DNA of 64,000 bases, taken from positions 32,001-96,000 of the forward strand of contig JBBIJY010000001.1 in the NCBI GenBank assembly GCA_037445735.1, written 5' to 3'. Each line of letters starts with the position of its first letter. Within the stretch, counting starts at the first letter, position 1. The DNA is from Armatimonadota bacterium. Its GTDB lineage: Bacteria > Armatimonadota > Fimbriimonadia > Fimbriimonadales > GBS-DC. A program made the translations under genes and the position numbers. Of the stretch, positions 52,957 to 63,589 are shown piece after piece. The notes under the pieces are model-generated. The model did no database searches and had not been told where the DNA came from. It worked only from the letters and a program-made list of their open reading frames with translations.

Positions 52957-54324
52957 ATGGGAAAGGTTTCAGGCGACACGATAGCAGCGGTAGCGACGCC
53001 ACCGGGTGAGGGCGGCATCGGCATCGTGCGGGTCAGCGGACCGCTGGCGTTCACGCTTGCCGAACGCATCTTCCGGCAGGCACGCCCCACCGCGCTGGAG
53101 AGCCACCGCATCTACTTCGGCACCCTCTGTGATCCCGACACGGGCGAGGCGCTGGATCGCGCCCTGCTGCTGACTTTCCGCGCCCCGCACAGCTACACGG
53201 GCGAGGATGTGGTCGAGTTCAGCTGCCATGGCAGTCCCTTGCTTTTGCGGCGCGTGTTGAGCCTGCTCTGGCGGCTGGGCGCCCGACCCGCGCAACCGGG
53301 CGAGTTCACCCAGCGCGCCTTCCTGAACGGCAAGCTCGACCTGGCGCAGGCAGAAGCGGTCGCCGACCTCATTCGCGCCCGCACCGAAAGCCAGCTCCGT
53401 GCCGCCCTCTACCTGCACGAGGGCAAACTCTCCCGCGCCATCCGCCAGCTGAACGACCAGCTGCTCGCGCTCTTAGCCGAAGTGGAAGCCACCATCGACT
53501 TTTCGGAGGAGATCGGTGAGCTGGATCGCGAATCGTTTGCCCGACGACTTCAAGCCCTGCTGGATCAGCTCAGTCAGCTGCTTCGGACGGCGCAGTCGGG
53601 GCGCCTCCTGCGCGAGGGCGTGCGCGTCGCCATCGTGGGACGACCCAATGTGGGCAAGTCGTCCCTGCTGAACGCCCTGCTGGGCGAAGACCGTGCGATT
53701 GTTACGCCCATTCCCGGCACCACGCGCGACCTCATCGAGGAGGCGTTCCAGATTCAGGGCATACCCATCGTGGTGCTGGACACCGCCGGGCTGCGCGAGA
53801 ACCCGGACCCCGTGGAGCAAATGGGCATCGAGCGCACGCATCGCGCGATGGAGCATGCCGACCTGCTGCTAATTGTGCTCGATGTGAGCGAGGGGCTGAC
53901 CGCCGACGATCGCGCCCTGCTCAAGCGGTTGCCCGTGAACAAGCCTCACATCATCGTCTGGAACAAAGCCGATCTGGTGGCGGAGAGCGTCATTCCGCCC
54001 CCTGTCGGGGAGGTCGCCGTGAAGGTCTCCGCGCTCACAGGCGCGGGGCTGGACAGGCTCTGCACCGCGATTCTGGAACGGATGAACCTGACAGGTGTGG
54101 GCGAGGAAAGCCTGCTGCTGACCCATCAACGCCATGTGCAGGCGGTGGAGGACGCCTGCCGGCATCTGCAGAGCGCGCTGCAGGCAACGCGCGCCGAACT
54201 GCCCGCCGACCTGATCGCGGTCGACCTGCGCGCGGCATGGCAGGCACTGGGCGAAATCACAGGTGAGAGCGTCGACGAGACACTCATCCAGCGCATCTTT
54301 CAGGACTTCTGCATCGGCAAGTAA
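52957..54324 (+). CDS. mnmE: tRNA modification GTPase MnmE
   Basis: [33 protein letters not shown]-terminal FCIGK. Confidence 0.97.
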   Translation: MGKVSGDTIAAVATPPGEGGIGIVRVSGPLAFTLAERIFRQARPTALESHRIYFGTLCDPDTGEALDRALLLTFRAPHSYTGEDVVEFSCHGSPLLLRRVLSLLWRLGARPAQPGEFTQRAFLNGKLDLAQAEAVADLIRARTESQLRAALYLHEGKLSRAIRQLNDQLLALLAEVEATIDFSEEIGELDRESFARRLQALLDQLSQLLRTAQSGRLLREGVRVAIVGRPNVGKSSLLNALLGEDRAIVTPIPGTTRDLIEEAFQIQGIPIVVLDTAGLRENPDPVEQMGIERTHRAMEHADLLLIVLDVSEGLTADDRALLKRLPVNKPHIIVWNKADLVAESVIPPPVGEVAVKVSALTGAGLDRLCTAILERMNLTGVGEESLLLTHQRHVQAVEDACRHLQSALQATRAELPADLIAVDLRAAWQALGEITGESVDETLIQRIFQDFCIGK

Positions 54325-54345
54325 ACGCAGGGTATGCTTGCTGCG

Positions 54346-55005
54346 ATGGGTTCAGAAATCGTTCAGCAGGTGGTGCACAGGCTGGAGGCGCGATATGGCG
54401 TCGCGCAGTGGAAGCCGCGCATGGAGCCGCTGGAAGAGCTGATCCACTGCATTCTCTCCCAGCACACTTCGGACACCAACTCGTTTCGGGCGTTTCGGGC
54501 GCTGCGGGAGGCGTTCCCCAGCTGGCAGGCGGTGGTGGACGCGCCCACCGAGCAGGTCGCTGCAGCCATTCGCGCGGGCGGGCTGGCAAACCAGAAGGCG
54601 CCGCGCATTCAGGCGGTGCTGCGCACCCTCTACCAGCAGTTCGGCGACTACTCGCTGGACGCGCTCCAGCAGATGGACACCGAGTCGGCACGCCGATTCC
54701 TGCTGAGTCTGCCCGGCATCGGACCCAAGTGCGCGGCGATTGTGCTGTGCTTCTCGCTGGGACGCCCTGTGATACCGGTGGACACGCATGTGTTTCGGGT
54801 GTCGTGGCGATTGGGGCTGATTCCACGCTCCATCGGCGAGGCGAAGGCGCATCAGGCGCTGGAGGCGATGGTGCCGCCCGATCTGGCGTATCGGTTCCAT
54901 GTCGCGCTCATTCGGCACGGGCGCGCCCTCTGCAAAGCGCAGCGCCCGCTGTGCGAGCAGTGCCCCCTCACCGACCTCTGCGCCTACTACCGCAACGCCA
55001 CATAG
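54346..55005 (+). CDS. nth: Endonuclease III (HhH-GPD, 4Fe-4S)
   Basis: ILSQHTSD, LPGIGPKCA, PVDTHV.R, C-x6-C-x2-C-x5-C. Confidence 0.88.
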   Translation: MGSEIVQQVVHRLEARYGVAQWKPRMEPLEELIHCILSQHTSDTNSFRAFRALREAFPSWQAVVDAPTEQVAAAIRAGGLANQKAPRIQAVLRTLYQQFGDYSLDALQQMDTESARRFLLSLPGIGPKCAAIVLCFSLGRPVIPVDTHVFRVSWRLGLIPRSIGEAKAHQALEAMVPPDLAYRFHVALIRHGRALCKAQRPLCEQCPLTDLCAYYRNAT

Positions 55006-55772
55006 AACACCCGATCCGAATCGCGCAGCGGCGGCTGGAAGGTGTAGGCGTCGCAGGCATGAACGACGCGAAAGCCCGCGTCGGTAAGCATCGCGCGCAC
55101 CTCCGCCTCGCTGTACGCCCGCTGACGATGAACCTCCACAAAATAGCGCTCCCGATTGCCCTCCTGCACCCAGAACTCCATGCGCACGGTGCAGAGGCGT
55201 GTGGCGCGGTCATACTCGCTGCGCCAGCGATAGCGAATGGGCGCACTGCGCCGCCGCTCCGACTGGTCAAACATCCGATGCACAAAGGCGTACTCGGTGT
55301 TCAGGTCAAAAATGAACGCCCCGGGCAGGTTCAGATGGCGATGGACGCGCCGCAGGCACTCGGCGAACCGCGCAGGCTCGATAATGTTGTTCAGGCTGTC
55401 GAACACGCTCACCACCAGATCGAAGGTGAAGGGCAGGTCTAACTCGGCAGCATCCTGCACAAAGTAGGGAATCTCATAGCCGCTCTCCTGCGCCTTTCGG
55501 CGTGCCTGTTCGATCATTGGCGCGGAGATGTCCACGCCGACCACCGAATAGCCCTCCAGATAAAACAGCTCGGTGAGGTTGCCCGTGCCGCAGCAGAGGT
55601 CCAGCACGCGCTGCGGAAAGCCTGCAGGCGGGGTTATCTTTTCCTCTTCCAGCACATGCGTGAGCAACGCCTCGATGTAGTGGAACCACCAGGTGTAGGG
55701 GATTCCACGCATCAGGCAGTCGTAGTAGGGCGCGACCGCCTGAAACGGCTCAGACGGCGAAGAGGCTGTCAT
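54987..55772 (-). CDS. Class I SAM-dependent methyltransferase
   Basis: VLDLCCGTG, GVDIS..M, FDSLN. Confidence 0.88.
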   Translation of the reverse strand: MTASSPSEPFQAVAPYYDCLMRGIPYTWWFHYIEALLTHVLEEEKITPPAGFPQRVLDLCCGTGNLTELFYLEGYSVVGVDISAPMIEQARRKAQESGYEIPYFVQDAAELDLPFTFDLVVSVFDSLNNIIEPARFAECLRRVHRHLNLPGAFIFDLNTEYAFVHRMFDQSERRRSAPIRYRWRSEYDRATRLCTVRMEFWVQEGNRERYFVEVHRQRAYSEAEVRAMLTDAGFRVVHACDAYTFQPPLRDSDRVFYVALR

Positions 55773-56421
55773 CCAGACCCTGATTCACCCTGATATTGGA
55801 GTTCACCGTGCGCCCGCCGAAGCGTTGCGCCGCATTATAGACCTCCACGCGCGTCGGTATCCAGATGCCAGGCGCGGCTTCGATCGGCTGCTTGTATTCA
55901 AAGCGGGCGCGATACTTGCCTGTGCGACTGTACCACACGCGCCGCACCGTGATGCGCTTCTGCGGGTCAAGCCACACGATATGCGTCGATTCGTCGTCGC
56001 CGTAGTTCCATCGGAGTTCAAACACAGAGAGCGTCGTGCCGCCCTCCCTCTCCTCGCGCTGGAACCTCGCTTCGAGCTGACGGGCGAGGGCGGGCGTGAT
56101 AAAGCCGAAATCGAGGGTCGTCTGACGCTTGCCAGGCGAGTTGGACACATCATCCCGCACACGCTGACCGGGCGCAATCACCAGTTTAATACCGCCGTTG
56201 ATAATGTAGATGATTCGTCGGGACAGCACCTCCGATTCGAGGCGCAGCTTGAACGGCTCCTTGTAGTAAGCCTTCATCCACTTGAAGCGATAGGAGTTGG
56301 CGAAGTCCTCGTTGATTCGGCGCAGCTCGCCCAATCGCACGCCTTCCGCCTTCACATCCATCTGGAAGTCGCGCAGCCTGTCCTGCACCATCGCACGAAA
56401 ATCGGGCACCAAGCGTATCAT
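55750..56421 (-). CDS. Hypothetical protein, LolA-like / outer-membrane lipoprotein-sorting fold
   Basis: VWLDP, GIWIPTR, C-terminal IRVNQGLDDSLF. Confidence 0.6.
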   Translation of the reverse strand: MIRLVPDFRAMVQDRLRDFQMDVKAEGVRLGELRRINEDFANSYRFKWMKAYYKEPFKLRLESEVLSRRIIYIINGGIKLVIAPGQRVRDDVSNSPGKRQTTLDFGFITPALARQLEARFQREEREGGTTLSVFELRWNYGDDESTHIVWLDPQKRITVRRVWYSRTGKYRARFEYKQPIEAAPGIWIPTRVEVYNAAQRFGGRTVNSNIRVNQGLDDSLFAV

Positions 56422-56659
56422 AGCTCTGATTATACCCCCGCTGCCTTTTGCACGAATGGCTGGGTGATGCTTTGATGGGTAGATCGCCTCTTTATCGGCA
56501 GGAATCGCCCATCACCTGGCGTATTCCACTCTTAGCGAGGTGAGCAGCGATGCTCCGGGTTAGCCGATGTTCGCCCTGGCGCGATTCAGCGGTGACAGAG
56601 AGGCTCTCGCGCTGTGGTGTGCTTCACACCGGTGCACAGTTGGGCAGGAGGTGGCGGTT

Positions 56660-57214
56660 GTGAAGATCCCACCCTGCGACCCGTTGCGTGATCTGACGCC
56701 CGATCTGCAGAAGGCTGCCCGTGCTGCTGTGCGGTATGCGTGCCAGCACTTTTGCCCGCCTGCTTACTCGCTCGACTACTGGCGCGACGAGTGCCTCCAG
56801 ATTGCTGCCGTTGCTGTCTGGCATGCCAGACAGCACTATAAGCCCGACCTGAACATCTCCTGCACCACTTATGCCTACATATGCGCTCTGCGAGCGCTCA
56901 AAAAGGAGTACGAGCGCGTTTGCCGCCTTTACAATCGGGAGGTCGTCTGGCCCACGGACCCCGAAACGGGTGAAGAGATGGAGGTGGAAGACACAAGCGC
57001 GTATGAAGCAATCGAGTGGGCAGTGTGCTCCAGCGAGCTGTGGGCAGCCCTGACAAAGCTGGAGGAGCCTGACCACTGGCTGGTAGAACAGGTATGGATT
57101 GAAGAACACTGCCAGATGGAGGTGGCGCAGGAGCTGGGCATTTCGCAAGCCACACTGTCCCGGCGTCTGGCGCGAATCAGGGCGAAGCTGCGCCAGTGGC
57201 TGGGCGATGAGTAG
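56660..57214 (+). CDS. Sigma-70 family alternative sigma factor (regions 2 and 4)
   Basis: YKPD...TTYAY region-2-like segment; QMEVAQELGISQATLSRRLARIRAKLR region-4 HTH; GGAGG RBS before GTG. Confidence 0.78.
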   Translation: MKIPPCDPLRDLTPDLQKAARAAVRYACQHFCPPAYSLDYWRDECLQIAAVAVWHARQHYKPDLNISCTTYAYICALRALKKEYERVCRLYNREVVWPTDPETGEEMEVEDTSAYEAIEWAVCSSELWAALTKLEEPDHWLVEQVWIEEHCQMEVAQELGISQATLSRRLARIRAKLRQWLGDE

Positions 57215-57341
57215 TCGGGGTGATCTGAGGCAGATTGGGGAACGAAACCTGCAAGAGGGCTGCATAAAACGACGACGGCGAGACTATTAATATCCCTGTG
57301 GAAGGGGATACAAACCCCTTCGAAAGGGAGGCATAGCGGAA

Positions 57342-60300
57342 ATGTTAACACGGCTCAATCTTGGCGTTTTGTTGTTCGCTGTGACGCTGGGTGCAGCGCT
57401 CTATGCCCAGCAAGACTGTGACGCGTGTGTGCGTATTCGCGATGCGCGAATCAATTGCCCGAGCGACGCATCAGGCAATATCACCTGGACCTTTGAGGTG
57501 ACCAACGACTCGGACTTCGCCGCGACCTACCTGTTCTTTCTGACGACGCCGCCTGGTGTTTCCGTTTCACCCAATCCCATCGTTTTTGACCCGCCGCTGG
57601 CGCCGGGTGAAACGCGCCCTGTAACAGTTACCATCAGCGGCGCGCTGCCCGGACAGCAACTCTGTTTCGACCTCGTGCTCTATAACGCGCAACTCAATCG
57701 GTGCTGTCGGGTTCGACACTGCATCACGATCCCGGGATGCTGTTTTGCGGTGACCGATGAGGTGGTCTGGTGCGAACCTGGCACAGGCGACTTTATCTAC
57801 CAGTTCACGATTTTCAACCAGTTCCCGGCGATTATCCAGTATGTGGTGATTGTGTCGGAGACGCCGGGGGTGTCGGTGGATCCGCAGGTGATTTATCTGG
57901 TGCCGCCGCTGGGCTATCTGCAATCGCGCACGCTGCAGGTGCGGTTGCACGGAGCCGTCCCAGGACAAACGGTGCGCCTGCGGATAGGCTTGCTGGACAT
58001 CTTCGGGCGATTCTGCTGCTCGGAAGTGCGCGAGATCACCATGCCACCGTGCTGTTTGACCTTCCGCGCGCGTGTGGAATGCACGCCAGAGGGTGGGCGG
58101 ATGACTATCTGCGTCACCAACTGGTTCCCTGCAAATGCCTGCTTTGTGGGCATCACGCCCGTCACACCGGGGGTTGTCGTGGAGCCTGCGCTGGTGGCGT
58201 TGGATCCGCCCTTGCAGTTTGGGCAGACACGCTGTTTTACCGTGCAGTTGCGCTACACGGCGGGTGGTGGCTGTCCGCGCGAAGTCTGCTTTGTGCTGAC
58301 CCTGTACGACTGCTTCTTCCGCCAGTGCTGCGCCGTGCGAGGCTGCGTGCAGGCGCCTGCATTGCCTATCAGCCGCACCTACACGACCAGCCAGGATTTC
58401 CTGGAAGGCGAGCTGGACAATGTGAACCTGAACATCCCCGACCAGCTCCAGCTGAACCCGGTGGATGAAACCACTATCACCTACCCCTACGCGTGGTTCG
58501 CGAACTGGGTGGATGGCACGGTGTCCAAGTTCGATATGCGCACGGGCAAAGAGGTGGCGCGCTACTACACGGGACCCATAACTGGCGTTTGTCGCCAAGC
58601 GCAACCGTCGCGCATGTCGGTGGATGCTGACGGCAACCTGTGGGTCATCAACCGAGCGGTGCAGTATGTAACCGTGGTGCAGATTCTGAACGACTCGTTC
58701 ATCGACCGCAACGGCGATAGTCAGGAGCAGACCTCGCGCGATTTGAACAACAACGGCTGTATTGATCCCGACGAGATATTGCCGTGGGGTCAGGATGAGC
58801 GTGTGGCGCGCGTGTATGCGATTCGTCGTCCCGATGGCGACATTCCTGGCGTTGATCAGTTGGGTCGAGGGGTGGTTGTGGACTCCAACGGCTACATCTG
58901 GGCAGGGCTGTGGAACGAGGCTCGTGTGGTGCAGATTGCGCCTGACCTCGATCCGTTCCAGTACCGTCCCGATGCCTGGATAGATGCCTGCCAGGCGCCG
59001 CCTCCCCAGCTCTATCCGCCGCTGCTGGAGTCGGTGTCAACATCGCCTGCCCGCCCATACGGTTTGACACTGGCGCCTAACGGCTTCCTGTACGGGGCAT
59101 CGCTTAGTCCCTACATCTTTGAGATCTGCCCTGGCGACCCGAATGTGCCTGGTGATGCCCAGCTAACGAGGGTCATCAACATTCCAGGCTTCGTCACCTA
59201 CGGCATCGCTGTTGACCAGCAGTGCCGCGTGTGGTCCGTGAATGCTTGGGGCGGCCATATCGCTGGCTACGATCCCACTACTGACACCTTGAAACTATCA
59301 AACCAGGCGTTTGGCGGCCTCTGGCGCGGCTGCACGGTTGACCCGAACGGGTGTATCTGGACATCGGCAACCTCCCCCAGCGGCATGGTGGTGAAGTGGT
59401 GCATTCCCGACTTCAACGATCCCAACACCTGGACTGTACAGACGCAGACCTACAACACCCACAACGGTGGCACGGGCATTGCTGCGACGGTCGCTCCCCC
59501 GAACTCGGGTCTGCCCTTCTCCATCATCGTGGCTGGCGGTAGCGAAGCACCTGCTGGCTGGACGCAGATTAACCCCATCACCATGGCTCCACTCGCCAGC
59601 GATACCTGCCCGCACAATCGGCTGGCGGTCTACAACTACACCGACTTCACGGGGTCGCTGCTGCGCATCACCCAGCAGACAGGGAGCTGGACAGTGGTGT
59701 ACGACAGCGGCTGCGACGACACCCAGTGGGGCGTGGTGCGCTGGAACGCCTTTGTGCCGCCGGGCGCCGTGCTGAAGGTCAGGGTGCGCGCGTCCAACAT
59801 CTTTGGCGGGTGGCCTGAGTACGAAGAGGTGCAGAATGGTCAGGCGTTCTGCCAGCGCGGGCGCTACCTGCAGGTGCAGGTGGTCTTCTCGCGTCGCCGA
59901 CAGGGTCAGCAGTGCAGTCGTGAGGTGTGCCGCGGCGCGTTCGGTGATAGCCCCATCCTGTATGACCTGACGATTGCGTCGCTGTGCGAGTGTCCGCGCG
60001 GCACCCTGCAGGGCACGCTCTACTGCGATCGCAATCGCAACGGCTCGCAGGACGCCAGCGAGAACGGGCTGGCAGGCTGGACGGTCGTGCTGCGCGACAC
60101 GCACGGCAATACTGCCAGCGTGGCCACCGACGCGCAGGGGCACTATGAGGTAGAGACGCTGCCCTCGGGGCGGTACGAGGTGGCGGTGGTGATTCCGCCT
60201 GCCTGGCGCGCGGTTACGCCTGCGACGGGACGCTACGAGGTGGAGGTGCAGGAAGGTCGCGCCTATCGCCTCGACTTCGGCGTGTCGCTGCGGGCGGATG

Positions 60301-60458
60301 TGAACGCCGACGGCATCGTGAATGATGCTGACCTGCTGGCGGTGCTGTTCGCCTTCGGCAGTACTGGTCAGGAGCTGGCAGAGGATGTAACCGAAGACGG
60401 CGTGGTCGACGACGCCGACCTGTTGATGGTGCTGTTCAGCTTCGGTCAGCACTGCTGA
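57342..60458 (+). CDS. Large secreted Cys-rich protein: 3 Ig-like repeats, beta-propeller, SdrD-B-like domain, dockerin-like C-terminus
   Basis: Signal peptide; three ~105-aa repeats (PGV.V.P....PPL..G.TR...CC); VD.DG..W blades; [48 protein letters not shown]. Confidence 0.82.
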   Translation: MLTRLNLGVLLFAVTLGAALYAQQDCDACVRIRDARINCPSDASGNITWTFEVTNDSDFAATYLFFLTTPPGVSVSPNPIVFDPPLAPGETRPVTVTISGALPGQQLCFDLVLYNAQLNRCCRVRHCITIPGCCFAVTDEVVWCEPGTGDFIYQFTIFNQFPAIIQYVVIVSETPGVSVDPQVIYLVPPLGYLQSRTLQVRLHGAVPGQTVRLRIGLLDIFGRFCCSEVREITMPPCCLTFRARVECTPEGGRMTICVTNWFPANACFVGITPVTPGVVVEPALVALDPPLQFGQTRCFTVQLRYTAGGGCPREVCFVLTLYDCFFRQCCAVRGCVQAPALPISRTYTTSQDFLEGELDNVNLNIPDQLQLNPVDETTITYPYAWFANWVDGTVSKFDMRTGKEVARYYTGPITGVCRQAQPSRMSVDADGNLWVINRAVQYVTVVQILNDSFIDRNGDSQEQTSRDLNNNGCIDPDEILPWGQDERVARVYAIRRPDGDIPGVDQLGRGVVVDSNGYIWAGLWNEARVVQIAPDLDPFQYRPDAWIDACQAPPPQLYPPLLESVSTSPARPYGLTLAPNGFLYGASLSPYIFEICPGDPNVPGDAQLTRVINIPGFVTYGIAVDQQCRVWSVNAWGGHIAGYDPTTDTLKLSNQAFGGLWRGCTVDPNGCIWTSATSPSGMVVKWCIPDFNDPNTWTVQTQTYNTHNGGTGIAATVAPPNSGLPFSIIVAGGSEAPAGWTQINPITMAPLASDTCPHNRLAVYNYTDFTGSLLRITQQTGSWTVVYDSGCDDTQWGVVRWNAFVPPGAVLKVRVRASNIFGGWPEYEEVQNGQAFCQRGRYLQVQVVFSRRRQGQQCSREVCRGAFGDSPILYDLTIASLCECPRGTLQGTLYCDRNRNGSQDASENGLAGWTVVLRDTHGNTASVATDAQGHYEVETLPSGRYEVAVVIPPAWRAVTPATGRYEVEVQEGRAYRLDFGVSLRADVNADGIVNDADLLAVLFAFGSTGQELAEDVTEDGVVDDADLLMVLFSFGQHC

Positions 60459-60472
60459 AGCGTTTCCCGCTC

Positions 60473-60517
60473 CATCCCCCCTCCTGAAGCTTCAGGAGGG
60501 GGGATGTTTATTTTTTT
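60473..60517 (+). terminator. Rho-independent terminator
   Basis: Perfect 34-bp palindrome CATCCCCCCTCCTGAAGCTTCAGGAGGGGGGATG followed by TTTATTTTTTT. Confidence 0.85.
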
Positions 60518-60538
60518 AACGGCAGAGGAGGTGTGTTC

Positions 60539-60949
60539 CTATCTCCTCCGCTCAGTTTGCAGTCGACGCAGATAGGTCTCCAGCAGCAGGGCGGCGGCGA
60601 TGGAGTCCTGAACGGCGCGACGCTGCCGACGACGATAACCACCCTGCAACAGCCGGCGCTCCGCCTCCTGACTGCTCAACCGCTCATCGACGGTGTCGAT
60701 GGGAACCTCAAGATGGGCGCGCAGCGCTTCAATAAACGCCTGCACCTGCTGGGCGCGCGAACCCGCCTCGCCCGAAAGCCGATAGGGCATGCCCACCACG
60801 ATTCGGTCAGGCTTCTGCTCCTGCAGGAAGCGCAATACCGCCTGCAAATCGTTCGGCAGCACCGCGGCGGGCAGGGCCACACCCACCTCCATCTCGGCAA
60901 CCGCCGCTCCGATGCGCTTCTCGCCGTAATCGAGCGCGACGATTCGCAT
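60539..60949 (-). CDS. ruvX: RuvX/YqgF pre-16S rRNA nuclease
   Basis: ALDYGEKRIG.A, VVGMP, VDERLSS, DSIAAALLLE. Confidence 0.93.
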   Translation of the reverse strand: MRIVALDYGEKRIGAAVAEMEVGVALPAAVLPNDLQAVLRFLQEQKPDRIVVGMPYRLSGEAGSRAQQVQAFIEALRAHLEVPIDTVDERLSSQEAERRLLQGGYRRRQRRAVQDSIAAALLLETYLRRLQTERRR

Positions 60950-60953
60950 GAGA

Positions 60954-61982
60954 CTACTCCCAGCTCAGCACCACCTTGCCCGCCGCGCCCGAAGCGGTCA
61001 GCTCGAACGCCCGCTCATACTCCTGCCAGGGCAGAATATGCGTGATGGCGGGGCGGATGTCGAGCCTGCCCGACGCCAGCAGCGCCTGCATCGCCTCCCA
61101 TGTGGCGTGCAGTTGCCGCCCCAGAATGGCGTGAACCTGCACGGCTTTGAAGATGAGCGCGTTCAGGTCGACGGGCACCGGCTGGGTGAACAGCCCCAGC
61201 AGGCTGATGTGCCCGCCGGGGCGAATCGCGTCGGTGATGAGCGCGACTGCCGACGGATGCCCCGACATCTCCAGCGCGACATCGACGCCCAGCCCCTCCG
61301 TCTCGCGCCGAATGATGCCCAGCACATCGTCCTGTTGCGGGTCCAGCACCCGATCCGCGCCCATCTGCTCGGCGAGCTGGCGTCGATAGGGGCGCACTTC
61401 GGTCGCATAGATGCGGGCGGCGCCGCACGCGCGGGCAACCGCGATGCTGAACAGCCCGATCGCGCCGCAGCCTGTGATCAGCACCGTGCTGCCTGCAATC
61501 GGCGTCGCCAGCACCGCATGCACCGCGTTGCCCAGCGGGTCCTGAACAGTGGCGACTTCGGGCGGGATGCGCGGGTCGGTCTTCTGCGCGTTCGCGGCGG
61601 GCACAGCAATAGAGGGCGCGAAGCAGCCGTCAACATCGACGCCCAGAATGCGCGTGCTCTGACACACATGCGCCTGCCCCAGTCGGCACGGCTTGCAGAC
61701 CCCGCAGGTGATGTGGCTCTCGCCCGCCACAAAATCGCCCGGCTGAAGATGAGTCACGCCTTCACCGACCGCCTCCACAACACCACAGAACTCATGCCCG
61801 ATAATCAGCGGCGGACGCAAACGCGACTGCGCCCACGAATCCCAGTGGTAGATGTGAAGATCGGTGCCGCACAGTGAAGTGCGCAGGATACGCACCAGCA
61901 CCCTATCGGGCTGAAGAGTCGGCTCCGGCACTTCGCATAGCTCCAGCCCTACCCCAGCCTGCGTTTTGCAGATTGCTTTCAT
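60954..61982 (-). CDS. tdh: L-threonine 3-dehydrogenase
   Basis: CGTDLHIYHWD.WA, GHEF, GESHI.CG.C..C, DPLGNAVH, LEMSG. Confidence 0.9.
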   Translation of the reverse strand: MKAICKTQAGVGLELCEVPEPTLQPDRVLVRILRTSLCGTDLHIYHWDSWAQSRLRPPLIIGHEFCGVVEAVGEGVTHLQPGDFVAGESHITCGVCKPCRLGQAHVCQSTRILGVDVDGCFAPSIAVPAANAQKTDPRIPPEVATVQDPLGNAVHAVLATPIAGSTVLITGCGAIGLFSIAVARACGAARIYATEVRPYRRQLAEQMGADRVLDPQQDDVLGIIRRETEGLGVDVALEMSGHPSAVALITDAIRPGGHISLLGLFTQPVPVDLNALIFKAVQVHAILGRQLHATWEAMQALLASGRLDIRPAITHILPWQEYERAFELTASGAAGKVVLSWE

Positions 61983-62108
61983 CGCCCGATTGACATAACC
62001 CGCAGCCGCCGCGCTGCACCGATACTGTACCCGTTCGCAAGCAAGTAAGTCAAGAGGTCGGGGCATCCCTTGATTTCTTAGTCAGGCTAAAGGTATACTC
62101 TATAAAGA

Positions 62109-62498
62109 ATGGAGGCAATGGCTATGCAGACGGAGATGAGAGAGGCTTTGCAGGAGGCGTTTACGGCGTCCGAGGGCGGCTTTGTCGCGATTAACTACAT
62201 CACCTGCACGCCCGAATACCGCGAGCGGTTTGAGTATCTCTTTCGCACGCGCGCTCGCGCGATCGACAGGATGCCTGGCTTTCGCGGGATGTATGTATTG
62301 CGTCCCCAGCGCGAGGGTGATCCCTATCTGGTGGTCAGCCACTGGGACAGCGAGGAGCATTTTCGCGCGTGGGTTCAGTCGCCTGAGTTTCTGGAGGGAC
62401 ATCGGCGCGGTTTTGAGGACATTCGCGAGGCGAAGGCGCGTGGCGAACAGCCCCCGATGACCTCCGACTTCCGCACCTACGAGGTGATTGCCCGCTAA
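62109..62498 (+). CDS. Antibiotic biosynthesis monooxygenase (ABM) family protein
   Basis: FVAIN, FE..F..R, PGF, W.SEE.F.AW..S..F..GH. Confidence 0.82.
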   Translation: MEAMAMQTEMREALQEAFTASEGGFVAINYITCTPEYRERFEYLFRTRARAIDRMPGFRGMYVLRPQREGDPYLVVSHWDSEEHFRAWVQSPEFLEGHRRGFEDIREAKARGEQPPMTSDFRTYEVIAR

Positions 62499-62525
62499 GC
62501 CCGGCATGCGGTACAATAGGGTCGG

Positions 62526-62789
62526 GTGAAACCCGTGCCGAAACTGGAACTGACGGATGAGCAGGTTGTGGAGCTGATTCTGCAGCTACCACCAGAGCGA
62601 CAGAGAGCGGTACTGCAGATACTGAACGCCGCGCGCGATGCATGGTGGGCGCGTATCGTAGCAGAAGGTGAACAGCAAATGCGCCGTCTCTGTGCTGAAC
62701 GCGGGCTAAACTGGGACTCGATGACCGAAGAGGAACGCGAAGCGTTTATTGACGACCTGATCCACGAGGATCGCGCGTGCGCCCAATAG
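62526..62789 (+). CDS. Putative antitoxin (cassette 1)
   Basis: Small ORF overlapping a downstream PIN gene; TACAAT 8 nt before the GTG. Confidence 0.7.
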   Translation: MKPVPKLELTDEQVVELILQLPPERQRAVLQILNAARDAWWARIVAEGEQQMRRLCAERGLNWDSMTEEEREAFIDDLIHEDRACAQ

Positions 62790-63190
62790 CGGTATTTGAT
62801 ACCAACATTCTATTTTCTGGCTTGGGCTGGCAGGGGACAGCTCATCAGTGCCTTCAACTGGCGCGCGGAGGTCTGGTGGAATCGGTGACCTGCCAGGAAA
62901 TATTGAGCGAGCTGCAAAATGCGCTTCGACTAAAGCGGCGAATGCCTGAAGAAGATATTGTTAGAGCTATAAGCGAGATTTCGCTTTTCTCGAGGGTTGT
63001 TCATATATCGAACGCCCTTTCTGGCATCGTGGCAGACCCTGATGATCATAAGGTGCTGGAGTGTGCGGTGGTAGGGGGTGCGACGCATATCGTTACGGGC
63101 GACCGTCGCCATCTCTTGCCACTGGACAGCTATCAGGGCATCGCCATCGTCAGCGCCGCCGATTTTGTGAAGCTCCTCACTCCGCCATGA
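62777..63190 (+). CDS. PIN-domain toxin (cassette 1)
   Basis: VFDTNI, EILSEL, DPDDHKVLECA, IVTGD.HLL. Confidence 0.88.
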   Translation: MRPIAVFDTNILFSGLGWQGTAHQCLQLARGGLVESVTCQEILSELQNALRLKRRMPEEDIVRAISEISLFSRVVHISNALSGIVADPDDHKVLECAVVGGATHIVTGDRRHLLPLDSYQGIAIVSAADFVKLLTPP

Positions 63191-63319
63191 CAGGAACCCC
63201 CATCGTGTTTGTGCTGGATCGGGCATAAGGCGCACGCAGTGGTTGACATGCGGGCATCGAGCTTTCACACCTGCGGAGCGATTGCTCGCCAGAGCCAGCA
63301 TGCGGTACAATAGGGTCAG

Positions 63320-63589
63320 GTGAAACCCGTGCCGAAACTGGAACTGACGGATGAGCAGGTCATCGAGCTGGTGCGCCAGCTATCGCCCATCAGCAAGCAG
63401 AAGGTGCTGGAGGCGCTGGTGAAAGATGCTTCTGTGGCAGAAGGCGAGCCGCCTGCTACAGATACAGAGGCTTTCACCGCGCTACCCTGCTTCGGGATGT
63501 GGTCTGACCGCGAAGAGATGCGCGACAGCGCGGATTGGGTACGCAAGGAGCGAGCGCGATGGCAACAACGAATGGAGCCGCAGGACTAA
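63320..63589 (+). CDS. Putative antitoxin (cassette 2)
   Basis: Same first 14 aa as cassette 1; C-terminal FGMWSDR.EM.DS.DWVRK.R; overlaps a PIN gene. Confidence 0.72.
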   Translation: MKPVPKLELTDEQVIELVRQLSPISKQKVLEALVKDASVAEGEPPATDTEAFTALPCFGMWSDREEMRDSADWVRKERARWQQRMEPQD

